Shown in pieces: positions 8,388 through 17,792 of a stretch of 64,000 nucleotides of DNA (its first letter is position 1; every line of letters begins with the position of its first letter). The notes under the pieces were generated by a model, which worked only from the letters and a program-made list of their open reading frames with translations, had not been told where the DNA came from and did no database searches. The translations under genes and the position numbers were made by a program. The DNA comes from a virus (lineage: Duplodnaviria; Caudoviricetes). The stretch lies in the IMG/VR virus record IMGVR_UViG_3300029288_000116, positions 31,162 through 95,161 of that record, one strand, 5' to 3'.

Positions 8388-10154
8388 TTAGACTTCTGCG
8401 AAACTAGTCCCGGTTTTCGTGCCCACAAAGTGCAAGCGAATGTAGGTGATAGCGTAAACGGGTTTAACGTAAAAGTCTCCTCTTAGTTCTCCCTTTGCAA
8501 TAGTTTCTGCTGTGTTATTGCTATCATCGCAAACAAGCTTGTAATCTTCAATGAGACCCTTACCTTTAGCGTCCGCAAAAATTGGGGTTACGTCACTAAG
8601 GAACTGTTGACGCTTAATCGCGGTATTAGGTTCCTGTAAATAATACTTAGAAACGTCAGACACTTTCTTTTCAAGAATTAGAAAAGTTAGTCTACCATGT
8701 ACATACCCGAAAATAGACTCTTTTTGTAACATGGTTTTCTGAGTCCAAATATATTTACCTTGCCCAGCTAGACTTACAACGCTGTTAACATTATGCTTAT
8801 AAATTTCGTCTCTTTCAGCTAAAGAAGGATTCCATGCTAGTCTACGAATGCCGTCTAATTTAGCTCTGTTCAAACCTGCTGGGGCTAATCCGCCTGCATC
8901 AACACACTTAACATATACGCCGGCTGCATAACCAGAGAACGGAACCCAACGATAACGATTAGCATACTTATCTTTAATATCTATCCATGTACCATAAGCT
9001 GCAGCGTAACTAGAATTAAAGTCTGAGTAGGCTGCATAAAGACCTACACTCCAAGTTACCAAATCGTCGGCTTCATTTCCGACATTATTGATTACACTGG
9101 CACTTAGACAGTCTGGAATGAACATACAATCTTTACGAGTATTACATACCTGCATCATTGTGAGCTTAGATGCATTAGGTTTATCACCATCAATAAATAC
9201 ATTGATGGTGTTATCTTCTGCATTAGCGTAGAGGTTAATTGCGGCATCCATTACTGTAGTAGAAGGAGCTTCGTTCCCATCAATGCCTGCGCCTACATTA
9301 TCAGTATTTGTTCCGCCCCCAAGAACTTGCCAAGAAGAGGTTGCAAAATTAGCAAGAGCCTGGTTCTTATAAGTAGGATTGAGAGTAACTCTAATATAAT
9401 CAGAATTTTCATTAATCTTACTTTCTACATACATTGCTTGAGAAAGGTCATCAACCTTTGTTTCATCTGTAGACACATTAAAAGCTTCTACAAAGGCCCA
9501 ATTACTTTCTACAGTAGTGTCAGAACTTTGTAGACATTCTTGGACTATAACTAAGAATTCCTTAGTAGATTCTAGTTGAGAATCTACACTACGAATAGCA
9601 GCATAAGTATCCCAAGATGCGTGAAGTTTTTGGCGAATTAAATCATAATTAGTTTTATCACACACAGCAACTCTTAGATAATTACCAGAGTAGCCTCTAT
9701 ATGCAGCGATAATATACATTACATAAGGATCAGGACAAGCTACTTCATCAGCAAAAGCATCCGGATCAGAAATAGCCCCAACACCAGTACCCAATGTATA
9801 GGCTGTTGCTGAGGTCATTTCGCTAAAGGTAGCCGATGTTCCTACAGTTGCTTTTGTCCCAGAGAAAGTTGAAGAAGTTGGCATAACTCTTGTACAATAA
9901 AGATTATTAGAACTCTTTAAAAATCCTATAGCCGAAAACATATCACAGTAACACGGAGCATATGTGGTCGGGGTTCCAAACTTAGTTACTAAGTCTGTTT
10001 CATTTATTACTAAAATTGTGTCGTTTTCTCTACCTCTCCATGTATTCCTGAGAATAATGGCACCAGCAGGCCCAGTTACTTCTTCGTTATACTGAGTTTG
10101 ATCTTCCTCAGTTATAGAAATTTGCGGTGAAATTAAATCTACTAGTTCTGGCAT
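8388..10154 (-). CDS. gp18: Tail sheath protein
   Basis: SPQISITEED, WVPFSGYAAG, APAGLNR, CDDSNNT, YVKPVYAITYIRLHFV. Confidence 0.95.
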   Translation of the reverse strand: MPELVDLISPQISITEEDQTQYNEEVTGPAGAIILRNTWRGRENDTILVINETDLVTKFGTPTTYAPCYCDMFSAIGFLKSSNNLYCTRVMPTSSTFSGTKATVGTSATFSEMTSATAYTLGTGVGAISDPDAFADEVACPDPYVMYIIAAYRGYSGNYLRVAVCDKTNYDLIRQKLHASWDTYAAIRSVDSQLESTKEFLVIVQECLQSSDTTVESNWAFVEAFNVSTDETKVDDLSQAMYVESKINENSDYIRVTLNPTYKNQALANFATSSWQVLGGGTNTDNVGAGIDGNEAPSTTVMDAAINLYANAEDNTINVFIDGDKPNASKLTMMQVCNTRKDCMFIPDCLSASVINNVGNEADDLVTWSVGLYAAYSDFNSSYAAAYGTWIDIKDKYANRYRWVPFSGYAAGVYVKCVDAGGLAPAGLNRAKLDGIRRLAWNPSLAERDEIYKHNVNSVVSLAGQGKYIWTQKTMLQKESIFGYVHGRLTFLILEKKVSDVSKYYLQEPNTAIKRQQFLSDVTPIFADAKGKGLIEDYKLVCDDSNNTAETIAKGELRGDFYVKPVYAITYIRLHFVGTKTGTSFAEV

Positions 10155-10314
10155 TGTTCAAATCTCCTTTGTCGGTGAACCGAAGGATCGTTCAGCTCAC
10201 TCTTGTTTGGGTTATATGGTATAGACAACACATATTTAAAATTTTGTTTTGGGTCTAAAGGTCGGTAATTCGTACTAGAATGTTCGTCGTTAGTAGTCGT
10301 CGTTTGTATATAAG

Positions 10315-10323
10315 TATTTATTA
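10315..10323 (-). promoter_or_regulatory. Late promoter TAATAAATA upstream of gp18
   Basis: NATAAATA consensus about 160 nt upstream of the sheath start. Confidence 0.65.
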
Positions 10324-10351
10324 AAAAATTTCAGATTTTATCAAAAAATTA

Positions 10352-10399
10352 GTTTCAGGGGCTTGATGAGTATGATATAATAAACTAAAAGCTTGGAGG
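10352..10399 (+). promoter_or_regulatory. Repeated early promoter-leader unit (GTTTCAG-N17-TATAAT-AAACTAAAA-GGAGG)
   Basis: Consensus shared with six other sites in the window. Confidence 0.8.
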
Positions 10400-10409
10400 A
10401 AAGGAAAAC

Positions 10410-10706
10410 ATGAGTAAATGGGTAAAGATGTGGAAATCATATAACAGTGGTCCTGGAGAACCTGTTTATTTTGAATTTGAAAAAAATGAAGATATTAAAA
10501 ATCTAATAGAGTATTGGGAGGAAGAAGAGTATTGGGATGAAGGTTATTATGATATTCTATGGGAACAAATTGATAAACCTCCAAAGGAATGGCTTGAAAA
10601 GGAAATTAAAGAATACGCTAAAAAATCTAAAAATTTATACAAAAATTATCGCAGAGCCAAAATTGCTATAGAAGATACCATTAAAAATTATAAACTTCTT
10701 CTATGA
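10410..10706 (+). CDS. Hypothetical protein, paralogue of 11063-11356
   Basis: SD; shared WE.IDKPP.EWL.KEI. Confidence 0.7.
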   Translation: MSKWVKMWKSYNSGPGEPVYFEFEKNEDIKNLIEYWEEEEYWDEGYYDILWEQIDKPPKEWLEKEIKEYAKKSKNLYKNYRRAKIAIEDTIKNYKLLL

Positions 10707-10723
10707 TAAGGAGGTAGAGAAAT

Positions 10724-10909
10724 ATGAACCAGAAATTGCCTATGAGATATGATGTGGAATATGAGGGTGTACTTACTACGATCTATGAGGATATTTCCGG
10801 GGAATTTGAAACCTTAGTGGAAGCTAAGGAGGCGGCAATAAAACATTTACACGGCATAATTGAAATGGCCGTATATCAAATAACCCACATTGCAGCAATG
10901 CAAAAATAA
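10724..10909 (+). CDS. Hypothetical protein
   Basis: Strong SD AGGAGGT. Confidence 0.6.
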   Translation: MNQKLPMRYDVEYEGVLTTIYEDISGEFETLVEAKEAAIKHLHGIIEMAVYQITHIAAMQK

Positions 10910-11062
10910 ATTCTAGGAGGAAACTCTGATGGATAAGGAGCCTTTTGAAATTTGCGATTGGTGCGGAGAAGGGGTACATTGGATCAATTCTCTGGGCTAC
11001 TGTAAAAAATGTGTGGAGTGGCACATCAAGCAACACCATAAAGAAAATAAGGAGAAAGAAAA

Positions 11063-11356
11063 ATGTGGTTAAAAATATGGAGAGATAGTAGTGCAATGGC
11101 CGGGAGACCTCACTACGCCGAGTATGAAACTGAAAATGATATTGAGGGATTAATAGATTATTTCGACGAAATGATTTATGGCGATGGCTACCATTATATT
11201 GAATGGGAAAAAATAGATAAACCCCCAATCGAATGGTTAAAGAAAGAAATACAGAGAAAAGCAGAAACACTAAAGAATTTATATGCTAACTATAAAGAGA
11301 ACCGCCATAATTTACAAGAGTTTATTAAGCATTATAAATCTTTAATTAAATCATAG
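11063..11356 (+). CDS. Hypothetical protein, paralogue of 10410-10706
   Basis: SD; similarity to upstream ORF. Confidence 0.7.
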   Translation: MWLKIWRDSSAMAGRPHYAEYETENDIEGLIDYFDEMIYGDGYHYIEWEKIDKPPIEWLKKEIQRKAETLKNLYANYKENRHNLQEFIKHYKSLIKS

Positions 11357-11533
11357 GAGGTAAGAAAAATGGCTAAAAAGGCAAAAGGTTCTGCAGGGAA
11401 TGGCAAGTCTGTTCGTAAAGTATTTTACTCTGTGTGGGACTACGAAAAGAAGGCCGAAATAAAAGTTTCTGAGCCTTCTAGGTCTGAACGTAATCGACGT
11501 ATTAGACTAGGTTCTATAGTATAAGGAGGTAAA

Positions 11534-11716
11534 ATGGACATTTTTAATCCGTTTCCGTCTTTGGATAAAAATATAGAGGAGATTAAAAAATTGAGAGAGG
11601 CTTATGATCTTCTGGTTTCTATTCATCTTGAAATTGGGTCATATGGGCAAGGGAAACTGTCTCAAGAACTTCTGTTTAAAATGAATGATTTCTTTGAGTT
11701 TGACGACTCTGAATAA
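11534..11716 (+). CDS. Hypothetical protein
   Basis: SD AAGGAGGT. Confidence 0.6.
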   Translation: MDIFNPFPSLDKNIEEIKKLREAYDLLVSIHLEIGSYGQGKLSQELLFKMNDFFEFDDSE

Positions 11717-11728
11717 AGGAGATAGTAC

Positions 11729-11932
11729 ATGTCTAGTCCCAATATACAGTTACTAAAGGCCACTTTAGAAAATCTTGCAAAAGAACTAAAATCTAATAGA
11801 CCAATGATTTACGGAATAGATGGTGCATGGGCTCAAGGATACCAAGGGGGCCAATGGGATGCCGGATTTCATATTGAGGAATTACTAAAAGACTTTTTTG
11901 ATTATGAAAAACCTGTTTCAGAAACCTCTTAG
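11729..11932 (+). CDS. Hypothetical protein
   Basis: SD AAGGAG. Confidence 0.6.
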   Translation: MSSPNIQLLKATLENLAKELKSNRPMIYGIDGAWAQGYQGGQWDAGFHIEELLKDFFDYEKPVSETS

Positions 11933-11962
11933 GTATGTTATAATAAACTAAAACTTTGGAGG
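11915..11962 (+). promoter_or_regulatory. Repeated early promoter-leader unit
   Basis: gtttcag 11915, tataat 11939, aaactaaaa, ggagg. Confidence 0.8.
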
Positions 11963-11969
11963 TAAAAGG

Positions 11970-12263
11970 GTGATTAAAGTTTATCATAATAAAAATTTCC
12001 TTAATATTCCTTCATGGAAATGGGGTACTGAAGTTAAACCTGAAATCGTAGATTTAAAATGGGTGGCAACAGTCGATACGGACGATCTTAATGCGGCTTT
12101 TGAAAAAACGAACCATATTGATTGCGCATGGGAATATAATGAAGAAGTAAGTTCTTGTCTTATTAAACAAAGGTCTACTTCTTGTGGAGATGTCCTTATA
12201 CATGGAGATAAAGCGTATGTGGTTGCGGCTGTAGGGTTTGTCGAGATTGATAACCTTTATTAG
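11970..12263 (+). CDS. Hypothetical protein (YodL-like RSTSCGDV motif)
   Basis: AFEKTN...RSTSCGDVL...YVVAAVGF. Confidence 0.6.
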   Translation: MIKVYHNKNFLNIPSWKWGTEVKPEIVDLKWVATVDTDDLNAAFEKTNHIDCAWEYNEEVSSCLIKQRSTSCGDVLIHGDKAYVVAAVGFVEIDNLY

Positions 12264-12271
12264 GTTATTTA

Positions 12272-12316
12272 GTTTCAGAATTTAGGTTAATGTATTATAA
12301 ACTAAAACTTTGGAGG
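12272..12316 (+). promoter_or_regulatory. Repeated early promoter-leader unit (variant -10 TATAAA)
   Basis: gtttcag-N17-tataaa-ctaaaa-ggagg. Confidence 0.65.
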
Positions 12317-12321
12317 TTGCC

Positions 12322-12570
12322 GTGAACCGAAAACAATTTATAGAACTTGTTAAAGAAGCCGAAAAAGGCTCGGTTTACAAAGATGAAGCAGATCTTTGGG
12401 AATCTTTGCGGCCGTTTGATGGACTGGCTCTCCATAAAGAAAGAAGGATGGCAACCAAAAAAGCGGTAATTAATTTCATTCGTTATCAAGCCCTCCAAAT
12501 GAACGGTAATTGGGACTGGGATGAACTTGAAACCCTTCAATATTGTTTTCGTAGAGTGGATCTAATTTAG
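12322..12570 (+). CDS. Hypothetical protein
   Basis: GTG start after GGAGG. Confidence 0.6.
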   Translation: MNRKQFIELVKEAEKGSVYKDEADLWESLRPFDGLALHKERRMATKKAVINFIRYQALQMNGNWDWDELETLQYCFRRVDLI

Positions 12571-12580
12571 AGGAGGTATT

Positions 12581-12829
12581 ATGTTAATCACCAAAAAATA
12601 TGTTGACAAAATCGCACCATTTCACGGAAGGACTTCCTGTGACGATATTAATAGAAATAATGCTTATGGTGGGTGGGATAAAACATATAATTCAAAAACC
12701 GGAGCAAAAAATATTATACTTCCTCGTTGTGCTCGATGTTATCTTCTTGATTCTATTGGGTGTGATACTATGGACTTAGAATTTGAACCTGTAGTTGAAG
12801 TTTGGTTGAAGTATAAAGGAGAACGGTAA
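12581..12829 (+). CDS. Hypothetical protein (His/Cys metal-binding motif)
   Basis: HGRTSCDD...CARC; SD. Confidence 0.6.
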   Translation: MLITKKYVDKIAPFHGRTSCDDINRNNAYGGWDKTYNSKTGAKNIILPRCARCYLLDSIGCDTMDLEFEPVVEVWLKYKGER

Positions 12830-12831
12830 TC

Positions 12832-13131
12832 ATGAATAAAGTGGTCATTCCCAACTACAGATTTTCCAATTGGAGCCGAGGTCAAAGCAAACCAGGTTCT
12901 TGGAAAATAGTATTGGAATATGACCCAAAAGATGTACCTAAGGATATTGTCTTAACAGAAAAAGCGAAAGAAGTTTGGAAAAAGGAAAAGAGTATTTTTG
13001 GATATGCAAACTTTCGAGGACTTAAAACTGGAGACATATTATCTATAATCTCAGCAGCAAGGCGATCCGAGGTAAATTTAGGCGCTTCAAGAATGGGTTG
13101 GGTATGTTCATATAAAATTAAGGATCGTTAA
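12832..13131 (+). CDS. Hypothetical protein
   Basis: Tightly packed ORF in operon. Confidence 0.55.
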   Translation: MNKVVIPNYRFSNWSRGQSKPGSWKIVLEYDPKDVPKDIVLTEKAKEVWKKEKSIFGYANFRGLKTGDILSIISAARRSEVNLGASRMGWVCSYKIKDR

Positions 13132-13697
13132 TATGGAAAAATGGCAAAAAAGAATGCAAATGCTTAAAAGGTTTAAAAAAGCTAGACTGAAAAAGAAACT
13201 TATTAAGAGATGTCTGTTATGTGGTCAAATAATTTCAGAGGAGAGATAAAATGAACCATAAAATAAATAAAATATTTGTTGCGTTGAACGATACAGCCAA
13301 AAAGAGACACATCAAAATCCGAGATCTTCAATATGAAGAGATTTCCCAAATAGTAAAAACTTATTCTGCTAGTGAAGAAGATTTTTATTTTTTATGGGAA
13401 AGTATTATGAAAACCGGACTTGTAAAATAATTTTTGGAGGATCACTATGGAAGACAAAGAATACGCAAAAAATCAAATTGTAATTCATTCTCTATTAGCT
13501 CAATGGTGGATGACCAGAGCACTTAGCTGAGAGGTTAAACGGATGGATTTATATCACGTTGAGGGAAGTTATGGAGAGTATCCTAGAGATGAGTTCGCCA
13601 ATGAAGAAAAGGTTTCTTATGCTGTTGATGCAGCCAAAAGGCAGATAGACATTATAAAAGATATTAATGATAAGGTTTTTGGGAGGGATGGTAGTTT

Positions 13698-14216
13698 ATG
13701 AAATTATTATTTTGTGAAAAATGCGGAGAAATTATTCCTATACCGGCCCCTAAAAATAAAATAATATATTGTTCATGTGGTAATATTGGAGGAATATATC
13801 AAGATAATTGCGTTTATGCAAATATATATCTGAGGGATGAAGAATCGTTTCATACATCCAAAGTTTTGGGTTTGAATAATTCAATATTATTAGGACTAGA
13901 AAAACAAATAGTTTGTAATGTAGGTGAATGGAATGACAGTCAACTATCAATATTTGTTGATGGGACTCCTATCAAATATGAGGAAATTAAATGGCCTACA
14001 TACACTGGTTCGGATTTGGGATCAGCCTTTAATTATTTGTTAAAAGAGATAGGTAAAGAATTAAAAGATATAAGTTTCATAAAGGATCAAAAAATAAAGT
14101 TTAAGGATGGAGGATATGTACTATTAGCTGAACAACCGGCAAACAAGGATTTTATTTATGTTTCCGTACAGAAAAAAGACGGATATTTGATAGAAACTAA
14201 GCTTTTAAGATATTAA
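13698..14216 (+). CDS. Hypothetical Zn-binding protein
   Basis: CEKC...CSCG N-terminus. Confidence 0.6.
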   Translation: MKLLFCEKCGEIIPIPAPKNKIIYCSCGNIGGIYQDNCVYANIYLRDEESFHTSKVLGLNNSILLGLEKQIVCNVGEWNDSQLSIFVDGTPIKYEEIKWPTYTGSDLGSAFNYLLKEIGKELKDISFIKDQKIKFKDGGYVLLAEQPANKDFIYVSVQKKDGYLIETKLLRY

Positions 14217-14231
14217 GGAGAAGAAAAAAAA

Positions 14232-15056
14232 GTGATATGCTATTTTCATGAAGACTTGGATGGGATATGTTCAGCGGCCATTATAAAACACAAATATCCA
14301 TGGGTGGAACTTATTCCTTTAAATTATGGAGATGATTACGATGAAAAAATCTTCTCTAGAAATTTTAAAAATGAAACTATTTTTTTTGTAGATATAACCA
14401 CACAACCGGTATCCATAATGAGTGAGTTGACTATATTAAACCGAGTGATTATTCTCGATCACCACATCACCGCCATTAATAATATTAAAGCTTTGAATTG
14501 GGAGCCTGAAGGTATTTTAGACACATCAAAAGCTGGTTGCGAGTTAGCTTGGCAATATTGTTTTCCATATCAAGAACTTCCACTTCCTGTTTATTATCTT
14601 GGAAGGTATGATGTTTGGGATCATAGTAACGAATTAACTTTACCGTTTCAGTATGGTATGAGACTATTAAATTTGGCACCAGATTCACATTATTGGAAAT
14701 ATCTTTTTGCTGGGCATAAAGACTCCTATGCCCTAATCATCGAAGACGGAGAACTTGTTATTGAGTGGGAAAAAACTCAAAATGCTAAAAGGGCAGCAAA
14801 CGCCTTTGAAGCAGAGTTTGAAGGCTTAAGAGCTATCGTTTGTAATGGGGATAGTGGTTCACCTTTGTTTGATTCAGTATATAATGAAGATAAACATGAT
14901 ATTATGGTTAGTTTTATATACACGAAAAATAAAGTTTGGACCTATGGTCTTTATTCTACAAAGCCAGATGTGAATTGCGGAGAAATAGCTAAGAGGCGTG
15001 GGGGTGGGGGCCATTTTTCAGCGTCAGGATTTCAAAGTAAAAAATTCTTGTTTTGA
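14232..15056 (+). CDS. DHH-family phosphoesterase
   Basis: HEDLDG, VD, LDHH and GGGGH motifs. Confidence 0.9.
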   Translation: MICYFHEDLDGICSAAIIKHKYPWVELIPLNYGDDYDEKIFSRNFKNETIFFVDITTQPVSIMSELTILNRVIILDHHITAINNIKALNWEPEGILDTSKAGCELAWQYCFPYQELPLPVYYLGRYDVWDHSNELTLPFQYGMRLLNLAPDSHYWKYLFAGHKDSYALIIEDGELVIEWEKTQNAKRAANAFEAEFEGLRAIVCNGDSGSPLFDSVYNEDKHDIMVSFIYTKNKVWTYGLYSTKPDVNCGEIAKRRGGGGHFSASGFQSKKFLF

Positions 15057-15068
15057 AGGAGTTAACAA

Positions 15069-15275
15069 ATGAAACTGGGTAAAATTCAATCATGTGGAAA
15101 CATATGTTATGTATCTACCTCAATCGATGAAGTAACTTTAACGTTTGGTAGAGGTGAACTTGATGAGTGGGGGTTTTGGGAAATTCCATGCGAAATATGT
15201 GCTCAGAACCATAAAAAAGCTTATCCTAATGATTTGGTTTGGCCGGATAAAGATATATGTGATGAGCCTAGTTAA
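15069..15275 (+). CDS. Hypothetical protein
   Basis: SD AGGAG. Confidence 0.55.
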   Translation: MKLGKIQSCGNICYVSTSIDEVTLTFGRGELDEWGFWEIPCEICAQNHKKAYPNDLVWPDKDICDEPS

Positions 15276-15473
15276 AGGAGAATATTAATGAGATTCCCAA
15301 GTAAAAAATCTTCAGGAAAATTTCCTAACAAACTAATATTTGCGTTTTTGCCGCGTAGGTGTACGAAGTGTAGAGACACTATATGGTTGGAAGGTATTAT
15401 TAAATCTTGGTATTATGGACTTAATAGATTTACATGTCTAAAATGTTATAGTAATGAATAGAGGAGTTATTAA

Positions 15474-15689
15474 ATGAAATATGAGCCGGAATGTGATATG
15501 ATGTGGGACAAAAATGGGTACATAGCTCGTAGATATTGGGATAATGTATTTTGTAAATTCTGTGGAGCTCCATTAAGCCCTAATGAGAGTTATGGTGAAG
15601 GTCCAGGCGATGGACCTGGAATGTGTATAGAATGTGTAAGAATTATTTTTAATGAAGTAGAGGAGGAGATGACAAATGCAGAAACTTAG
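15474..15689 (+). CDS. Hypothetical Zn-finger protein
   Basis: CKFC...CIEC; SD. Confidence 0.55.
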   Translation: MKYEPECDMMWDKNGYIARRYWDNVFCKFCGAPLSPNESYGEGPGDGPGMCIECVRIIFNEVEEEMTNAET

Positions 15690-16137
15690 AGATTTTTGCG
15701 CTATAGAAATTATGGAATGGGTTCCTCCAAAACAATTACCGGAAGGAAGATATTATGATGTTAAAGAAAATGAAGAACTAGGTATTGGATATACTATAGG
15801 CTGGAGACATGAAGATGGCACTTTTTACTCCAATAAAGAACTAGAACCCTACGAATATTGGAGAACAAAAAATGGGGAAATTGTTAAGGCCCCATGGGGT
15901 GGGTATCTTACTAGGGGACAATATACAAGATGGCAACCAGATAATATTTATAATGGGCAAGCTTTTCTATTAATTGATAAGATCAGAGAAACTAGAAGTG
16001 TAGAAATTTATTTTCATAAGAGCAATGGTCTTGATGATGGAGTTTCTGTAAGAATAGATGATGGGTCATGGTGGTGGGATAAAAGTCTATTTTTAGTTTT
16101 GATTAATGCCTATACGGGGATGACATATGGATATTAA
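15676..16137 (+). CDS. Hypothetical protein
   Basis: SD AGGAGG. Confidence 0.6.
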   Translation: MQKLRDFCAIEIMEWVPPKQLPEGRYYDVKENEELGIGYTIGWRHEDGTFYSNKELEPYEYWRTKNGEIVKAPWGGYLTRGQYTRWQPDNIYNGQAFLLIDKIRETRSVEIYFHKSNGLDDGVSVRIDDGSWWWDKSLFLVLINAYTGMTYGY

Positions 16138-16289
16138 AAAAGTTCAAAATGCTTTGTTAGGACTAGCTTTATCTGAACATAAGGGAGAAGTAAATGACGA
16201 AATTCCGATTTTATGTGAGGCTTTAGGTATTTTGTGTAAATGGTCAGATAAATGGGAAAGATACATATTCTCATGGGAGTCAATATGGT

Positions 16290-16556
16290 ATGAATCAGAA
16301 GACTAAGAACATAATTAAAGGAATTCTTCTCATAGCTGTTCCTTTAATTATAATTATTGTGATAGGATACTATTATGTTCAAAACACTTTTAATTCCACT
16401 ATGTCGCCAATAACAAAAGGATTTGGAGGAATTACAATAAACAATCCTCCAGTAGGGCTATTTGATAGTTTAGCACAAATACTTATAGGACTAGGTATTT
16501 GTCTTTCAAGTGTTTGTTGGGGTGTAGCTAAAGTTATTAAAGCATTGAGAACTTAG
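16290..16556 (+). CDS. Hypothetical membrane protein
   Basis: Two hydrophobic segments. Confidence 0.55.
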   Translation: MNQKTKNIIKGILLIAVPLIIIIVIGYYYVQNTFNSTMSPITKGFGGITINNPPVGLFDSLAQILIGLGICLSSVCWGVAKVIKALRT

Positions 16557-16565
16557 GAGATTAAA

Positions 16566-16781
16566 ATGGCTGGATATATTGGAAAAGTAAAATTGGATAA
16601 GGAAATTGTAGAAGGGTTTTTATTAATAGAACAAGATGAGCGTTACGATGAATATTATGCAATGAAAATAGATGATGAATTATATCACGTTTATGGGGTT
16701 AATTTGCCTCGGTTTATTACAAGACTTGACAATTATAATTTAGAACAGTATATAGAAAAAGTGCCTAATGGCCTACTATAG
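16566..16781 (+). CDS. Hypothetical protein
   Basis: SD AGGAG. Confidence 0.55.
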   Translation: MAGYIGKVKLDKEIVEGFLLIEQDERYDEYYAMKIDDELYHVYGVNLPRFITRLDNYNLEQYIEKVPNGLL

Positions 16782-17406
16782 TTCAAAAGGCTCTCAGCTT
16801 CCCTCAGTCACAACTTTAATAGGGAGATATATTAATAAACCTTATTTAGCTAAGTGGGCTAGAGACTTAATGAGAGATTATTCTCTAGATTTTGAAAAAG
16901 AGTCCAGAATAGCCACAGAAATTGGTACAATAGCTCATGAAATGGTAGAATTAGACCTTTTAGGACTACCATTAAAAGTATATCCTAAGAAATCTAAGGA
17001 CCATATTAAACATGCTTTAATTGCCTATTCCGCTTGGGAGAAGTGGAAAGAATATCATAAAATTGATAAGTTGCTAGGAACAGAAATAAAATTGACTTCA
17101 GAAGAGTATGGATTTGGGGGAACTATTGATATTCCTGCGGTAATTAATTCAAAAAATACTATATTAGATCTTAAAACATCTAAGTCTATTAGTATAGAGT
17201 ATCAGATTCAAATTGCCGCGTATGGTAAATTATGGGATGAAAATAATCCAGATACTAAAATTGAGAGATACGAAATTTTAAGACTTGATAAGTATTCTGG
17301 AGAATATGAATACGTAGGATGGGATGAATTAGAAAAACCTTGGAAGATTTTTAAATATTTTCTAGAAATAGACAAATTATTAAAAGAACTTGGGTATCAA
17401 TTTTAG
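16768..17406 (+). CDS. PD-(D/E)xK exonuclease (Cas4/lambda-exonuclease-like)
   Basis: PSVTT, GTIAH, GTID...LDLKTS...QIAAY. Confidence 0.85.
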   Translation: MAYYSSKGSQLPSVTTLIGRYINKPYLAKWARDLMRDYSLDFEKESRIATEIGTIAHEMVELDLLGLPLKVYPKKSKDHIKHALIAYSAWEKWKEYHKIDKLLGTEIKLTSEEYGFGGTIDIPAVINSKNTILDLKTSKSISIEYQIQIAAYGKLWDENNPDTKIERYEILRLDKYSGEYEYVGWDELEKPWKIFKYFLEIDKLLKELGYQF

Positions 17407-17455
17407 TTTCAGAAATTATCTAAACATGTTATAATAAACTAAAACTCTTTGGAGG
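17406..17455 (+). promoter_or_regulatory. Repeated early promoter-leader unit
   Basis: gtttcag 17406, tataat 17430, aaactaaaa, ggagg. Confidence 0.8.
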
Positions 17456-17460
17456 CTATT

Positions 17461-17766
17461 ATGAGTTATATGAGTGACAATATCCGAGAAGGTAAATATG
17501 ATAATAAGCTTCCATTTGTATCTAGGAAAAAAGATCCAGAAGCGTACAAAGAATATAATCAGGAGACTTCTCGTCTTCTAGACCTTTTTATTGATGACCT
17601 TGAAAAAGAGTATGATACCTCTAAACTCAAAGGAAAAGATAAGATTTTTGCATACGCTTGGGAACAAGGTCATGCGTACGGGTTTAGCGAAGTTGTAATT
17701 CACTATGAGGAAATTGCCGCTCTTGTTGTTGAAGTGATGTTGGCAAATCTTCCAGACAAGAAATAA
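17461..17766 (+). CDS. Hypothetical protein
   Basis: ATG after GGAGG; AWEQGHAYG motif. Confidence 0.65.
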   Translation: MSYMSDNIREGKYDNKLPFVSRKKDPEAYKEYNQETSRLLDLFIDDLEKEYDTSKLKGKDKIFAYAWEQGHAYGFSEVVIHYEEIAALVVEVMLANLPDKK

Positions 17767-17792
17767 ACTAGAATTCTTTGGAGGAACCGATA

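Noticed and set aside
16768-17406. CRISPR adaptation module
   Set aside because: Solo Cas4-like nuclease, common in phages; no cas1/cas2 or array.
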